From IMG/VR virus record IMGVR_UViG_3300020469_005214, positions 32,001-96,000 of that record: DNA of 64,000 nt, one strand, 5' to 3'. The notes beneath the pieces were generated by a model that did not search any database, had not been told where the DNA came from, and was given only the letters and a program-made list of their open reading frames with translations. Position numbers and translations under genes: made by a program. Of the stretch, positions 9,626 through 19,356 are shown piece after piece. Source of the DNA: a virus. The first letter of the stretch is position 1; every line of letters begins with the position of its first letter.

Positions 9626-12600
9626 TGATATTAAGTGGCAAAAATTTTAGAAGCATTGCAGATCAAACTGGTGATTTTAGTTATGCTTTTACCGTTCAAA
9701 CCAAAAGTAAATTTTCGGATATTCATGTTGGTTTAACTGGGGAATATAATATAGACTATAGGTTTCTTAGTGGTAAAATTTTTGATAGAAATACAGGCTT
9801 TGTAGATAGTTATTCTAATAATGATAATTTCATTATTTCTGGAAATTTAAAGAATCATCAACACGAATATTTTATAAACGGAATTCCAAAGGTTGTAGGA
9901 GAAACCGTGCCGTCTGGAAAAATATCTGGAATTTTTGCTATCAATGAAGAAGCAGAAAATATTGGTTTTAATTTTTTTGGACAAGTCCCCTCTCATTCAA
10001 TCACTACAAGCTCTGATAAGTTAGTATTTGGTGAAACGTTAACAGGATTTATAAATAATAGTAATCCCGATCTTTCTTTTACGGTATTTAGCGGAGAATT
10101 AATTAATTCAGATATTCCAGCAGTTTTTGCTATAGATACTTTTCAACAAGTAACAGGATCAGGCATTACAGGTGGAGCAAAATTTCTTTTAACACCAACA
10201 GAATCAGAAACTTTAAGCGGAGTAGCTAGTTTATTATTTCATACGAATTTTGGTGAAATAAATTTTGATTATAATTTGACTGGAGGAAATTTACCTACCG
10301 TTATAAGGGATAGTTCTTATTTAGATTTACTGACTTTTATTAATGATTTTGATGGAGAAACTGGTTCTATTGTTGTTACGAGCTTTTTTGCTAATTATGA
10401 TGGTGCAGAAATAAGTGTTACTCTTGGGCATCTTTCTGGAGAAACTGGCGAAATATTTAGAGATAAAGATTTTACTAGAGATTTCGTTAGTACCGAGGAT
10501 ACTTTTGTTAGCGGAACGAATGCAGTTCCTATTTTTAAGACTGGTTTGGTTTCTGGTTTAGACGCTTCTGGGCTTTTGCAAACTGGTTTAGGGTCAGGGT
10601 TTTTAACTGGTTTTACTAATGCTACTGGACAAATAATTAATGATTTTGAATTGGTTTTAACTGGTTTAGGAAAAGGATTTGTTGATACTGACATAAATTT
10701 GGCAGGAATTAAAGATACTCGCTTTTCTGGTTTCGTTCCTTTTGGAACAAGTGTAATTTCAGGTATAGTCAATAACATTACCGGTACTGGAACTTTTAAC
10801 GAACAGGAACTTACTGGAATGATTAGAACTGGTGTAGGTCAAATTGGATTTGATCCACTTGATCACTTACCATCGGGTGAAATAAATCTTCCACCGAGTG
10901 CATATAATACAACACTTAAAAATAAATTTTTGGCGTTTAGTGGAGAAATCACTGGATTTTATGATTTAATTGGAAGTGGATTTGCTGGATTTATTGTAGA
11001 AACTGGTATATTTGATCAAAATTTCTCTGGAAATGTTAAAAGAGGCGTTTATAATTTTGAAAAAGAATATGATACATTTATTACTGGTTTTGAAAACTTA
11101 TTTGGACCAGACACTGTTGGAGAAATAGTTAGTGGAATACTTCCTGAAACTAGTGGATCGGGCTTTTATATAACTGGAAATTTAAGTGTGAAGGAAGATG
11201 GTGCGTGTATAGAAGAAAGCCCAGTATTTTCAGTTTCAGGAAAAACCGCAGATTTTCCTTATAACTTTAATGTAGCTAATTTATTATTATCCTTTTACAA
11301 AGTAAACCCAGCCTTTACTGGATGTATCATGACTGTGCAAAGGGCTTTTGATGGCGAAACTAAAGATATTTATTTTTATAATAATTATATCAATGTTGCA
11401 AATATACAACAGTTTGCAAAAAGCGGGGAGGTTTTTGTCACCGAGTGGAAAGACCAGTCTTTAAATAAAAATAATTATGTTCCAGATATAGCTGATAGAC
11501 CAAGAATATTAACTAGTAATGGAGTTTTTGACTCTGGTATACATTTTGATCGAAGCTTATTAAAAACAAATAATCCTTTGGGTTTTATTGATGGAGCGGG
11601 TTATACAATTGAATTTAGCGGAGGTAATGTTGGATATTCTGGGGGTTCTTACTATAATCCATCTATAGATATTGGAAATTTAAATGTAGGATGGCAGATT
11701 GATTTCTCTGATGAAGTAACAAGTGTATCTAAGGGCAAAAATCTTGTTATTCCTACAGTTGTTTTTGATACAAGTTTGTTTATAGACGCGATTACAACAG
11801 ATAAAAAAATATTTTTAGGAACTAAACTTTCTGATATTCATATCTTTCCTTTTAATACTGATATTAGGGGCGGATCTAATTTCCTCTTTGACACAACAAC
11901 AGGTGCATACACACCCGATACATTCCCATTCTCTTTGGATATCGATGCTGAATGTGAGTCAATCCTAGTAAAAAATGAAGATTCAGATAGCGAGGTCGTA
12001 GGAAATCCACAGACAACTGCGGATATTATCTTTGAACTAAATGGGGATGGAACAGAGTATATTGTGAAGAAATGTTCTACAAATTTAGTTGGTGATGTAG
12101 TAATTTATAGCACTCATTTAGATACGACGCAATCAGCAAGCACTTTACCTGTTACTGTGATTGGGGTAGCCGCATTCTTAAACTGTTCTAATATAACTAG
12201 CGTTACCCTTCCTAACAGCCTGACCTCGATTGAAGGTAGTGCATTCCTAAACTGCGCTGGCCTGACCAGCATTACGATCCCCAACAACGTGACTTCGATT
12301 GGCGACTCTGCATTCGGTGGATGTTCTGGCCTAACAAGCGTTACGATTCCCGACAGTGTTACCTCGATTGGAGATTTTGCATTCAGAAATTGCACCAGTC
12401 TGACAAGCATTACGGTCCCCGATAGCATGACCCAGATTAGAGATGGTGTGTTTAAAAACTGCACAAACCTAGCCAGCATTACCATCCCCGACAGTGTTTT
12501 TTTAATTGGTGATCATGCTTTCAGTAGCTGCGATAGCCTAACCAGTATTATCATTCCCGATAGCGTGACATTAATTGGTGATCATGCTTTCAGTAGCTGC

Positions 12601-14127
12601 GATAGCCTAACCAGTATTATCATTCCTGACGGTGTGACCCGGATTAATGTTAGTACATTCAATGGTTGCGGTAGCCTAACCAGCATTACGATTCCCGAAG
12701 GTGTGACCCGGATTAGAGCTGGTGCATTCAATGGCTGCAGAAGTATAACCAGCATTACTATTCCTAGCACTGTAAATCAGATTGATTTCTCGGCATTCGC
12801 AAATTTAGATAGTGCCACTGCACTCATCTTCTTGGGTACAGAAGCTCCAAATTTGAAAACTTTGCCAGATGGTGAACAATTTATTAATGGAGTTCTTATT
12901 AGTGCGTTCGGTTCTGTAGAAAATCCTGATAATCCATCAATAATTGTTCAAGTGCCAGATGGAGTCGACAGTGCTGGCATCCCCATTTATGAAAGCTATA
13001 TATCCAAAGCTAAGGGTGGAGATGGTGTAAGTAAGTATGGAGGATTAGAGGTTCAGGTACAAGCATCGTTAAATTCTTTAACATTTTTGTTAAATAGCAC
13101 TGGCACTGGGTATATTATGCATCGTTGCGATCCTATTGCTGTGGGATCAATAACAATTCCCAGTACCTTCAATGGCTTACCAGTGACCGAACTTTCAAAT
13201 ATTGCGTTCTATCTCTGCACTAATATAACTAGTGTTACGATCCCCGATAGCGTGACCGAGATTAGGGATGGTGCATTCTATCAAGCCTCTGGACTGACCA
13301 GCGTTAACATCCCCGACGGTGTTACCTATATTCGAGATTTTACATTCTGGGAATGTTCAAGTTTAGATAACATAACAATCTCCAATAATGTGACTTCAAT
13401 TGGAAGGCTGGCATTCGCAGACTGCACTAGCCTAAGCAACATCACGATTGGGAACAGTGTGACCCTGATTGACGATCGGGCATTCTTGAAGTGCACTAGC
13501 CTAGCCAGCATTACACTCCCTGACAGTGTGGTCACAATTGGTAGATCACTCCTAACCGCTGCAAGTGTATTCGCTGGTTGCAGTAGCTTGACCAGTATTA
13601 ATATTCCCGATGGCGTGAGGACGATTCAAGCTGGTACATTCTCTAATTGCACTAGCCTGACCAGTGTCACGATTCCCGACAGCGTGACCTTGATTGGAAG
13701 ATTGGCATTCAATACTTGCACAAGTCTTACTAGCGTCACGATTGGCAACAGTGTGACCACGATTGACCAATCCGCATTCTCTAATTGCACTAGCCTGGAC
13801 AATATTACGTTACCTGATAATTTGAGACAAATTAACGAAAGTGCATTCGCTGGTTGCAGTAGCCTGACTAGCATTACCATTCCTGACAGTGTGAGCTCTA
13901 TTAAACAAAGTGCATTCCGAAACTGCATTAGCCTAGCAACAATCACAATCCTCGGTTTAAGGGCTCCTTCTCTATTAAAGACCGTTAATGCAGGTTATGA
14001 AGTCGACCAAAGAGAGACTTCAGTATTTGCAGATGTTGGAACCAGATTTGTTAATATGCAGGTAGGAGTAACTAATATTGATGAGGGTGGCGTATTTTAT
14101 GGAAGCCTACAAATAGTATATGTATAA
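9625..14127 (+). CDS. Putative tail fibre/receptor-binding protein: SG/TG-rich N-terminus, ConA-like module, two BspA (TpLRR) LRR cassettes
   Basis: 23-aa repeats LTSITIPDSVTSIGxxAFxxC; module VQRAFDGETKDI...FVTEWKDQS at ~11330-11460 resembles a common phage lectin-like fibre domain. Confidence 0.8.
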   Translation: MILSGKNFRSIADQTGDFSYAFTVQTKSKFSDIHVGLTGEYNIDYRFLSGKIFDRNTGFVDSYSNNDNFIISGNLKNHQHEYFINGIPKVVGETVPSGKISGIFAINEEAENIGFNFFGQVPSHSITTSSDKLVFGETLTGFINNSNPDLSFTVFSGELINSDIPAVFAIDTFQQVTGSGITGGAKFLLTPTESETLSGVASLLFHTNFGEINFDYNLTGGNLPTVIRDSSYLDLLTFINDFDGETGSIVVTSFFANYDGAEISVTLGHLSGETGEIFRDKDFTRDFVSTEDTFVSGTNAVPIFKTGLVSGLDASGLLQTGLGSGFLTGFTNATGQIINDFELVLTGLGKGFVDTDINLAGIKDTRFSGFVPFGTSVISGIVNNITGTGTFNEQELTGMIRTGVGQIGFDPLDHLPSGEINLPPSAYNTTLKNKFLAFSGEITGFYDLIGSGFAGFIVETGIFDQNFSGNVKRGVYNFEKEYDTFITGFENLFGPDTVGEIVSGILPETSGSGFYITGNLSVKEDGACIEESPVFSVSGKTADFPYNFNVANLLLSFYKVNPAFTGCIMTVQRAFDGETKDIYFYNNYINVANIQQFAKSGEVFVTEWKDQSLNKNNYVPDIADRPRILTSNGVFDSGIHFDRSLLKTNNPLGFIDGAGYTIEFSGGNVGYSGGSYYNPSIDIGNLNVGWQIDFSDEVTSVSKGKNLVIPTVVFDTSLFIDAITTDKKIFLGTKLSDIHIFPFNTDIRGGSNFLFDTTTGAYTPDTFPFSLDIDAECESILVKNEDSDSEVVGNPQTTADIIFELNGDGTEYIVKKCSTNLVGDVVIYSTHLDTTQSASTLPVTVIGVAAFLNCSNITSVTLPNSLTSIEGSAFLNCAGLTSITIPNNVTSIGDSAFGGCSGLTSVTIPDSVTSIGDFAFRNCTSLTSITVPDSMTQIRDGVFKNCTNLASITIPDSVFLIGDHAFSSCDSLTSIIIPDSVTLIGDHAFSSCDSLTSIIIPDGVTRINVSTFNGCGSLTSITIPEGVTRIRAGAFNGCRSITSITIPSTVNQIDFSAFANLDSATALIFLGTEAPNLKTLPDGEQFINGVLISAFGSVENPDNPSIIVQVPDGVDSAGIPIYESYISKAKGGDGVSKYGGLEVQVQASLNSLTFLLNSTGTGYIMHRCDPIAVGSITIPSTFNGLPVTELSNIAFYLCTNITSVTIPDSVTEIRDGAFYQASGLTSVNIPDGVTYIRDFTFWECSSLDNITISNNVTSIGRLAFADCTSLSNITIGNSVTLIDDRAFLKCTSLASITLPDSVVTIGRSLLTAASVFAGCSSLTSINIPDGVRTIQAGTFSNCTSLTSVTIPDSVTLIGRLAFNTCTSLTSVTIGNSVTTIDQSAFSNCTSLDNITLPDNLRQINESAFAGCSSLTSITIPDSVSSIKQSAFRNCISLATITILGLRAPSLLKTVNAGYEVDQRETSVFADVGTRFVNMQVGVTNIDEGGVFYGSLQIVYV
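12502..12626 (+). repeat. Exact 56-bp tandem duplication with 69-bp period (one LRR unit)
   Basis: ttaattggtgatcatgctttcagtagctgcgatagcctaaccagtattatcattcc at 12502-12557 and 12571-12626. Confidence 0.9.
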
Positions 14128-14180
14128 GGGTAAAAAATAATTAATCGATTAAACTATAAAAATTTAAAAAAATATAAAAA

Positions 14181-17100
14181 ATGAGCGTGAATACAAATGC
14201 AACTGTAGGGGACTGGGCGGTTTTTGCACCAGAATATGATTCAGAAAGTGGTATATCTATTATACCTTCTTATAACCCATATTTAAAAATATATCAAACG
14301 CAGTCGCAAACTTTAACTGGGACTTGTTATGCAGGAATAGGTGCGGTTGGAAATTTAGTTGCTATGGGAATGCAAGATATACTTAATGGCGGCCCAGATA
14401 CTGCTACATTTTACGACCCGAAAAATGACATTCTTAAACAACACCCTTTAAGTTTTAATAAGGGGCTTGGTGGCGTTGCTGGAGTTGGAGACTTTGCAGT
14501 TTTTGAGGTAGAGGATTATGGTTCTACGAAGCTTATAGCTCATTGTTTTAACCCAACAACAGAAGAGGGTTTTGAATTGCAGTATACTGGCAATTACGAT
14601 CCGCTGTCTAGTCCTAATCCATTTGCAGGTGTTGCGACAGTAGGGGACTTTGCGGTTTACGCTCCACAAAATTCGCCCCAAATTATGGCGGTCAATCCAA
14701 TTACTCAATCTGTCCGACAAGTGACACACGGTCAGCCCCGAATAAGTGCAGATGATGGTGCACTTGCCCCGTACTTCTTTGCAGGACCAGCTGTTGTTGG
14801 GGACTGGGCGGTGATGGCTGGACTAACTGGAAACGTAGTTTGTTATAATCCGACCACAAATGAATTGTATACACATACGGAAGAATTACCTCTAAAAGAA
14901 GCAACATCTGCTCAAAGAGCGGGATCGTTTACCGCAAGATTTGGCAGCCCAACTAAAGTTGGAAATTTTGCAGTTTTCCCGCCAAGCAGGGGAAATACTA
15001 TTTTGGCATTTAATCCTATAACTAGAACTCAAAAAACTTTAAATTTTGATTTTGAAGATTTTCAGTCCTCTGATTCTACAGCTTTAATTACACCTGAAAA
15101 CAATAATTGGTTCGGCGGTGCATCTACATTAGCATTAAACGTGAGCGGAGAATTAAAAGAAATGGCTATATTTCCGCCGTCTGCTGCCCTATCACCACTA
15201 GCTTATGACCCAGTAGAAAATGTATATCACAAGTTTAATGCAGAAACAAATATGCGATATCTTGTATCTGCAGCTGTAAATGGGGAATGTATAGTACACT
15301 ACCCAAATATGGCAGATCTAATTTTTAAAACCGCACCTGATCGTTCTAAATATTTTGCAACTATAAAGGGGGTTGAATCTAATTATGATAGTACAAGATA
15401 TTTTAGAGATGGATCTGAGTTACTCTTTGAACTAAATGAAGATGGTACGGCTTACACATTAATTAGTTGTGGAGTGGGATATGTAGGATCTTTAGATATT
15501 CCTGATACCTACGATAGTTTACCAGTTACTTCGATTGAGTTTGGTGCATTTTTTGGATGTAATCAATTAACAAGCGTTACGATTCCTAGTAGTATAACTT
15601 CAATGGGTGTTGCTGCTTTTCAAGACTGTATTAGTCTAGAAACAGTAGATATAGCTGAAGGTATAACAACCATTCCACTATACGCATTCTTTAATTGCTT
15701 AAACTTAAATAATATTACAATTCCCACTAGTGTGACTAGAGTCAGAGGTTTTGCATTTAAAGGATGTATAAGTTTGTCTCTAATTAATGAGATAATCTCA
15801 GGAATAACCTCGATTGAAGATGGTACGTTTCAAGGATGTACTTCAATACAATCTGTTTTGATTCCTGATAACATAACTTCAATTGGAGCTAAGGTATTCG
15901 AAAATTGTTCTGGATTAGTCAGCATTGATATTTGCGAATACGTAACAAAAATTGGATCTCATACATTTGAAAGAAGCGGGTTGAGACAAATTACTATCCC
16001 AGATGGAGTGACTGAAATTGAATGTAAATTATTCAATGAATGTAGTGAACTTACCACCGTTACAATTCCAGACAGTGTGACCGCAATTGGGGAAGCTTCG
16101 TTTAGAAACTGCATAAATATGCTTAACATAGAGATTCCTAGTAACCTGACTTCTATTGAAAGTTATGCATTCTTTGGATGTAGCAAAATAGAACAAATAA
16201 TTCTTCCCAGTACCTTGATCTCAATTCAAAGTAGAGCATTTAAAAATTGCACAGCCTTGACTGCTATAAGAATCCCTGATAGCGTAACAACAATAAATGC
16301 ACAAGCATTCATGGGCTGCACTAGTCTGAGTTCTATAATATCTAAGGCAACATCTGCTCCAGTTTCAAACATACTACCAGTAGGTATTCAAGAAGAGGTT
16401 TTTAAGAATGTTTTAACCACAGAAATCATAATCCCAGTTGGTGCTACAGCGAGCTATCAAACGGCAGGCGATGGAACCTTATATGCAGGCTTAACAATAG
16501 TAGAACTGAGCATTTCATCTTCCCTTGAATTTACTTTAAACGATGCTGGAACAGCATATTCCATGTCTAACTGTCCGCAAACAGCTGTCGGAGATATAGT
16601 AGTTCCCAGTACTCATTTAGATTTAGCGCAATCATCAAGCACTTTGCCCGTGACCGCAATTGGAGATGATGCATTCCGTTATTGCTATGACATTACCACT
16701 ATTACGATTCCAGATAGTGTTACTGATATTGGAAAATCTGCATTCCGAGGCTGCGGAATGACCAGTATTACGCTTGGAAACAGCGTGACCGCAATTGGAG
16801 ATGATGGATTCCGTTATTGCACCAGCCTGACAAGCATTAACATCCCAGACAGTGTTACCTCGATTGGAGATTTTGCATTCGAAATCTGCTATAAGCTAAC
16901 TAGCATTACGATTGGAAACAGCGTGACCTCGATTGGAGAAGAAGCTTTTCGTAACTGCGATAGTCTAACCAGCATTACCATTCCCGACAGTGTCACCTCA
17001 ATTGGAGAAAGGGCATTTCAAGACTGCTCTAATTTGGAGAGTGCCACGTTATCTAATAATAGTTCTTTTTTAAGGGTTTCCAATATGCTGTTCCTGAATT

Positions 17101-18581
17101 GTCGTAAGCTAGACAGTATTACGATTGGAAACAGCGTGACCTCGATTGGCGAGAATGCATTTACAAATTGCCCATTACTTAGCGCCATTGTGATTCCTGA
17201 TAGTGTAACTTCTATTGAAAAACGAGCATTTTACTTGAACCAGCAATTTTCCTCAACCTATACAGGGTTTGGTTTAACAAGTATCACACTATCTAATAGT
17301 TTGACCTCCATTGGAGAGGAGGCATTCATAAATCAGAGGTTCTTTACGTCCATTACAATTCCTGCCACTTTGACTAATTTAAGTAGTCTTGCATTCAAAG
17401 CATGTGGCTCTCTGTTGTCAATCGTATTCCTTGGGGATTCTGCTCCAGTTGTTGATTTTGTACCAGTTGACTCTAGATTCCCAGCTTCAACAACACAATC
17501 TCCGTTTGACCAATTCTTTTTTATACCGAAAGCAAGTACATATCAAAGCTTATCTATTTATAATAGATCCAGTTCTGACGTTAGAAGTACTACAGTATTG
17601 ACCGTACCAGAAGGAGCAATTCCCAGTTATGTAAGTACAGCAAATGGTGGTGGAGATGGATCTACAACATATGGAGGTCTAGAAGTTGTATCAGTAGCTG
17701 GGGTGTCTGACATAACCTTTACCTTAAACGATGATGGAACAGCATATACTATAACTGATTGTCTTAGAACAGCTGCTGGAGCTTTAACTATTCCTAGCAC
17801 CCATTTAGATACAGCGCAATCAGCAAGCACTTTACCTGTTACTGTAATTGGAGAGGATGCATTTAATAATTGCAGTTTCCTGAGCAGTGTTATAATTCCC
17901 AGTAGCGTGACCAAGATTATAAAGGGTGCATTCCGTCAGTGCAATAGCTTGATCAGCATTACGATTCCAAACAGTGTGACTGAGATTGGACTTTATGCAT
18001 TCGATAACTGCCCTGGCCTAACCAGTATTACCATCCCCGACAGCGTTACTGAGCTTGGGACATTTACCACGACGAGTGGCTCAATTGCGCGTGGTGCTGT
18101 CTTTACAGATTGCCGATCTTTGGTTAGTGTTACGCTTGGTAGCGGCATAACTAGACTCGAAAGTGGCATGTTTCGCGATTGTATAAGTCTGACAAGCATT
18201 ACGATTCCTAGTAACATAACTTATCTCGGAACTGGTGTATTCACAGGCTGCTCCAGTCTAACTAGCCTGATCATACCTAATAGCGTAACCTCAGAAATAA
18301 GAGAGATAGTCGTAAACTGCACAGACTTAACTAGTATTACGATTGGTACTGGAGTACCGACAGTACGACAACCGTTCTTTGCAAATCCTAATCTAACTAC
18401 AATTAACTTTCTTCCTACATCAGCCCCACAAATATTATCATCTGCTCTTTTTACAGATATAGGAACCACAAGCATTAATGTTCCCGTAGGAGCACTTTCA
18501 AGCTATATAGACATAGCAAATGGTGGAGATGGATCTACCAAATATGGAGGTCTAACAGTTGTAGAGGATGCAACTTTATAA
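14181..18581 (+). CDS. Putative receptor-binding protein: N-terminal beta-propeller-like repeats plus three BspA LRR cassettes
   Basis: Repeated VG[DN][WF]AVxxP blades in the first ~400 aa, then TpLRR 23-aa repeats. Confidence 0.8.
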   Translation: MSVNTNATVGDWAVFAPEYDSESGISIIPSYNPYLKIYQTQSQTLTGTCYAGIGAVGNLVAMGMQDILNGGPDTATFYDPKNDILKQHPLSFNKGLGGVAGVGDFAVFEVEDYGSTKLIAHCFNPTTEEGFELQYTGNYDPLSSPNPFAGVATVGDFAVYAPQNSPQIMAVNPITQSVRQVTHGQPRISADDGALAPYFFAGPAVVGDWAVMAGLTGNVVCYNPTTNELYTHTEELPLKEATSAQRAGSFTARFGSPTKVGNFAVFPPSRGNTILAFNPITRTQKTLNFDFEDFQSSDSTALITPENNNWFGGASTLALNVSGELKEMAIFPPSAALSPLAYDPVENVYHKFNAETNMRYLVSAAVNGECIVHYPNMADLIFKTAPDRSKYFATIKGVESNYDSTRYFRDGSELLFELNEDGTAYTLISCGVGYVGSLDIPDTYDSLPVTSIEFGAFFGCNQLTSVTIPSSITSMGVAAFQDCISLETVDIAEGITTIPLYAFFNCLNLNNITIPTSVTRVRGFAFKGCISLSLINEIISGITSIEDGTFQGCTSIQSVLIPDNITSIGAKVFENCSGLVSIDICEYVTKIGSHTFERSGLRQITIPDGVTEIECKLFNECSELTTVTIPDSVTAIGEASFRNCINMLNIEIPSNLTSIESYAFFGCSKIEQIILPSTLISIQSRAFKNCTALTAIRIPDSVTTINAQAFMGCTSLSSIISKATSAPVSNILPVGIQEEVFKNVLTTEIIIPVGATASYQTAGDGTLYAGLTIVELSISSSLEFTLNDAGTAYSMSNCPQTAVGDIVVPSTHLDLAQSSSTLPVTAIGDDAFRYCYDITTITIPDSVTDIGKSAFRGCGMTSITLGNSVTAIGDDGFRYCTSLTSINIPDSVTSIGDFAFEICYKLTSITIGNSVTSIGEEAFRNCDSLTSITIPDSVTSIGERAFQDCSNLESATLSNNSSFLRVSNMLFLNCRKLDSITIGNSVTSIGENAFTNCPLLSAIVIPDSVTSIEKRAFYLNQQFSSTYTGFGLTSITLSNSLTSIGEEAFINQRFFTSITIPATLTNLSSLAFKACGSLLSIVFLGDSAPVVDFVPVDSRFPASTTQSPFDQFFFIPKASTYQSLSIYNRSSSDVRSTTVLTVPEGAIPSYVSTANGGGDGSTTYGGLEVVSVAGVSDITFTLNDDGTAYTITDCLRTAAGALTIPSTHLDTAQSASTLPVTVIGEDAFNNCSFLSSVIIPSSVTKIIKGAFRQCNSLISITIPNSVTEIGLYAFDNCPGLTSITIPDSVTELGTFTTTSGSIARGAVFTDCRSLVSVTLGSGITRLESGMFRDCISLTSITIPSNITYLGTGVFTGCSSLTSLIIPNSVTSEIREIVVNCTDLTSITIGTGVPTVRQPFFANPNLTTINFLPTSAPQILSSALFTDIGTTSINVPVGALSSYIDIANGGDGSTKYGGLTVVEDATL

Positions 18582-18947
18582 CTTTCCCTCTTCTTTTAGA
18601 GTTTGTCTTATTTTCGTCGCACTAATGCTATGAATATCTTTGCCTAAATCATGCTCTGTAAAAGTATAGCCGACTCCTCTACCGTAGCTGATATCTACAA
18701 TATTCGGTACAACAACAATAATATATTCCTTATTAAAAGTATAACCCTCTTCTGACAGGCCCTTTTTAATATTGTTCGTAACCGTAAGAGGATCGAACGG
18801 ATTGTTATCATTTTCTTCCGCAAGCCTTATCATGATACAAACTTGCCCAGTCTTAGATAAAGCCCTTTTAAACAGCTCTGTGTGCCCTTTATGCCAAGGT
18901 TGCCAGCGACCCAGCATCTGCACTGTAGGTTTTTTATAATCAAACAT
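18576..18947 (-). CDS. HxGH (cytidyltransferase-like) nucleotidyltransferase
   Basis: MLGRWQPWHKGH motif; C-terminal ISATKIR. Confidence 0.85.
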   Translation of the reverse strand: MFDYKKPTVQMLGRWQPWHKGHTELFKRALSKTGQVCIMIRLAEENDNNPFDPLTVTNNIKKGLSEEGYTFNKEYIIVVVPNIVDISYGRGVGYTFTEHDLGKDIHSISATKIRQTLKEEGKL

Positions 18948-19356
18948 TATTAATTTCAGTTAATATTTTATAAGCGTTATTATCTAGCCACTCCGTTACT
19001 TTATAATCATAGTTGCTAGGTATTTCAAATATTCTGTTTGTATCTTCATATCTACCCTCATTTATGGTATTCATCCATATACTGAAATCAGCATTAAAAT
19101 GTTTACGAGCTTCCTCAGTGGGACAAACAAAATCTGCTACAGCTATCTTATTTGCCTTTACTATTCCGTCGGATAAATATTTCATACGATTGGCTTGTCG
19201 TATTCTGCCTTCCATTGAGAAGTCCCAGTCGTTGTATTCTTTACGTATTTCGTCGGCATTAAGCCAAACTCCATTTAATAGTTTAGAAAGCTCTTCTGCC
19301 AATGTTGATTTTCCACTTCCGGGAAGTCCAAATACCAATACTTTAAGTTTGTTCAT
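18940..19356 (-). CDS. cysC: Adenylylsulfate (APS) kinase-like P-loop kinase
   Basis: GLPGSGKST; NADEIR; DFSMEGRIRQ; FVCPTEEAR; FEIP. Confidence 0.8.
   Translation of the reverse strand: MNKLKVLVFGLPGSGKSTLAEELSKLLNGVWLNADEIRKEYNDWDFSMEGRIRQANRMKYLSDGIVKANKIAVADFVCPTEEARKHFNADFSIWMNTINEGRYEDTNRIFEIPSNYDYKVTEWLDNNAYKILTEINNV

Noticed and set aside
10395-18475. Antisense ORFs over the LRR genes and other short opposite-strand ORFs in the track (e.g. 207..476, 2859..3170, 37220..37576)
   Set aside because: Shadows of long coding frames and repeat periodicity; no promoter motifs or protein signatures
12022-18575. Diversity-generating retroelement (TR/VR pair) behind the LRR repeats
   Set aside because: No reverse transcriptase in the window; all copies are in-frame coding, and their differences do not look adenine-specific
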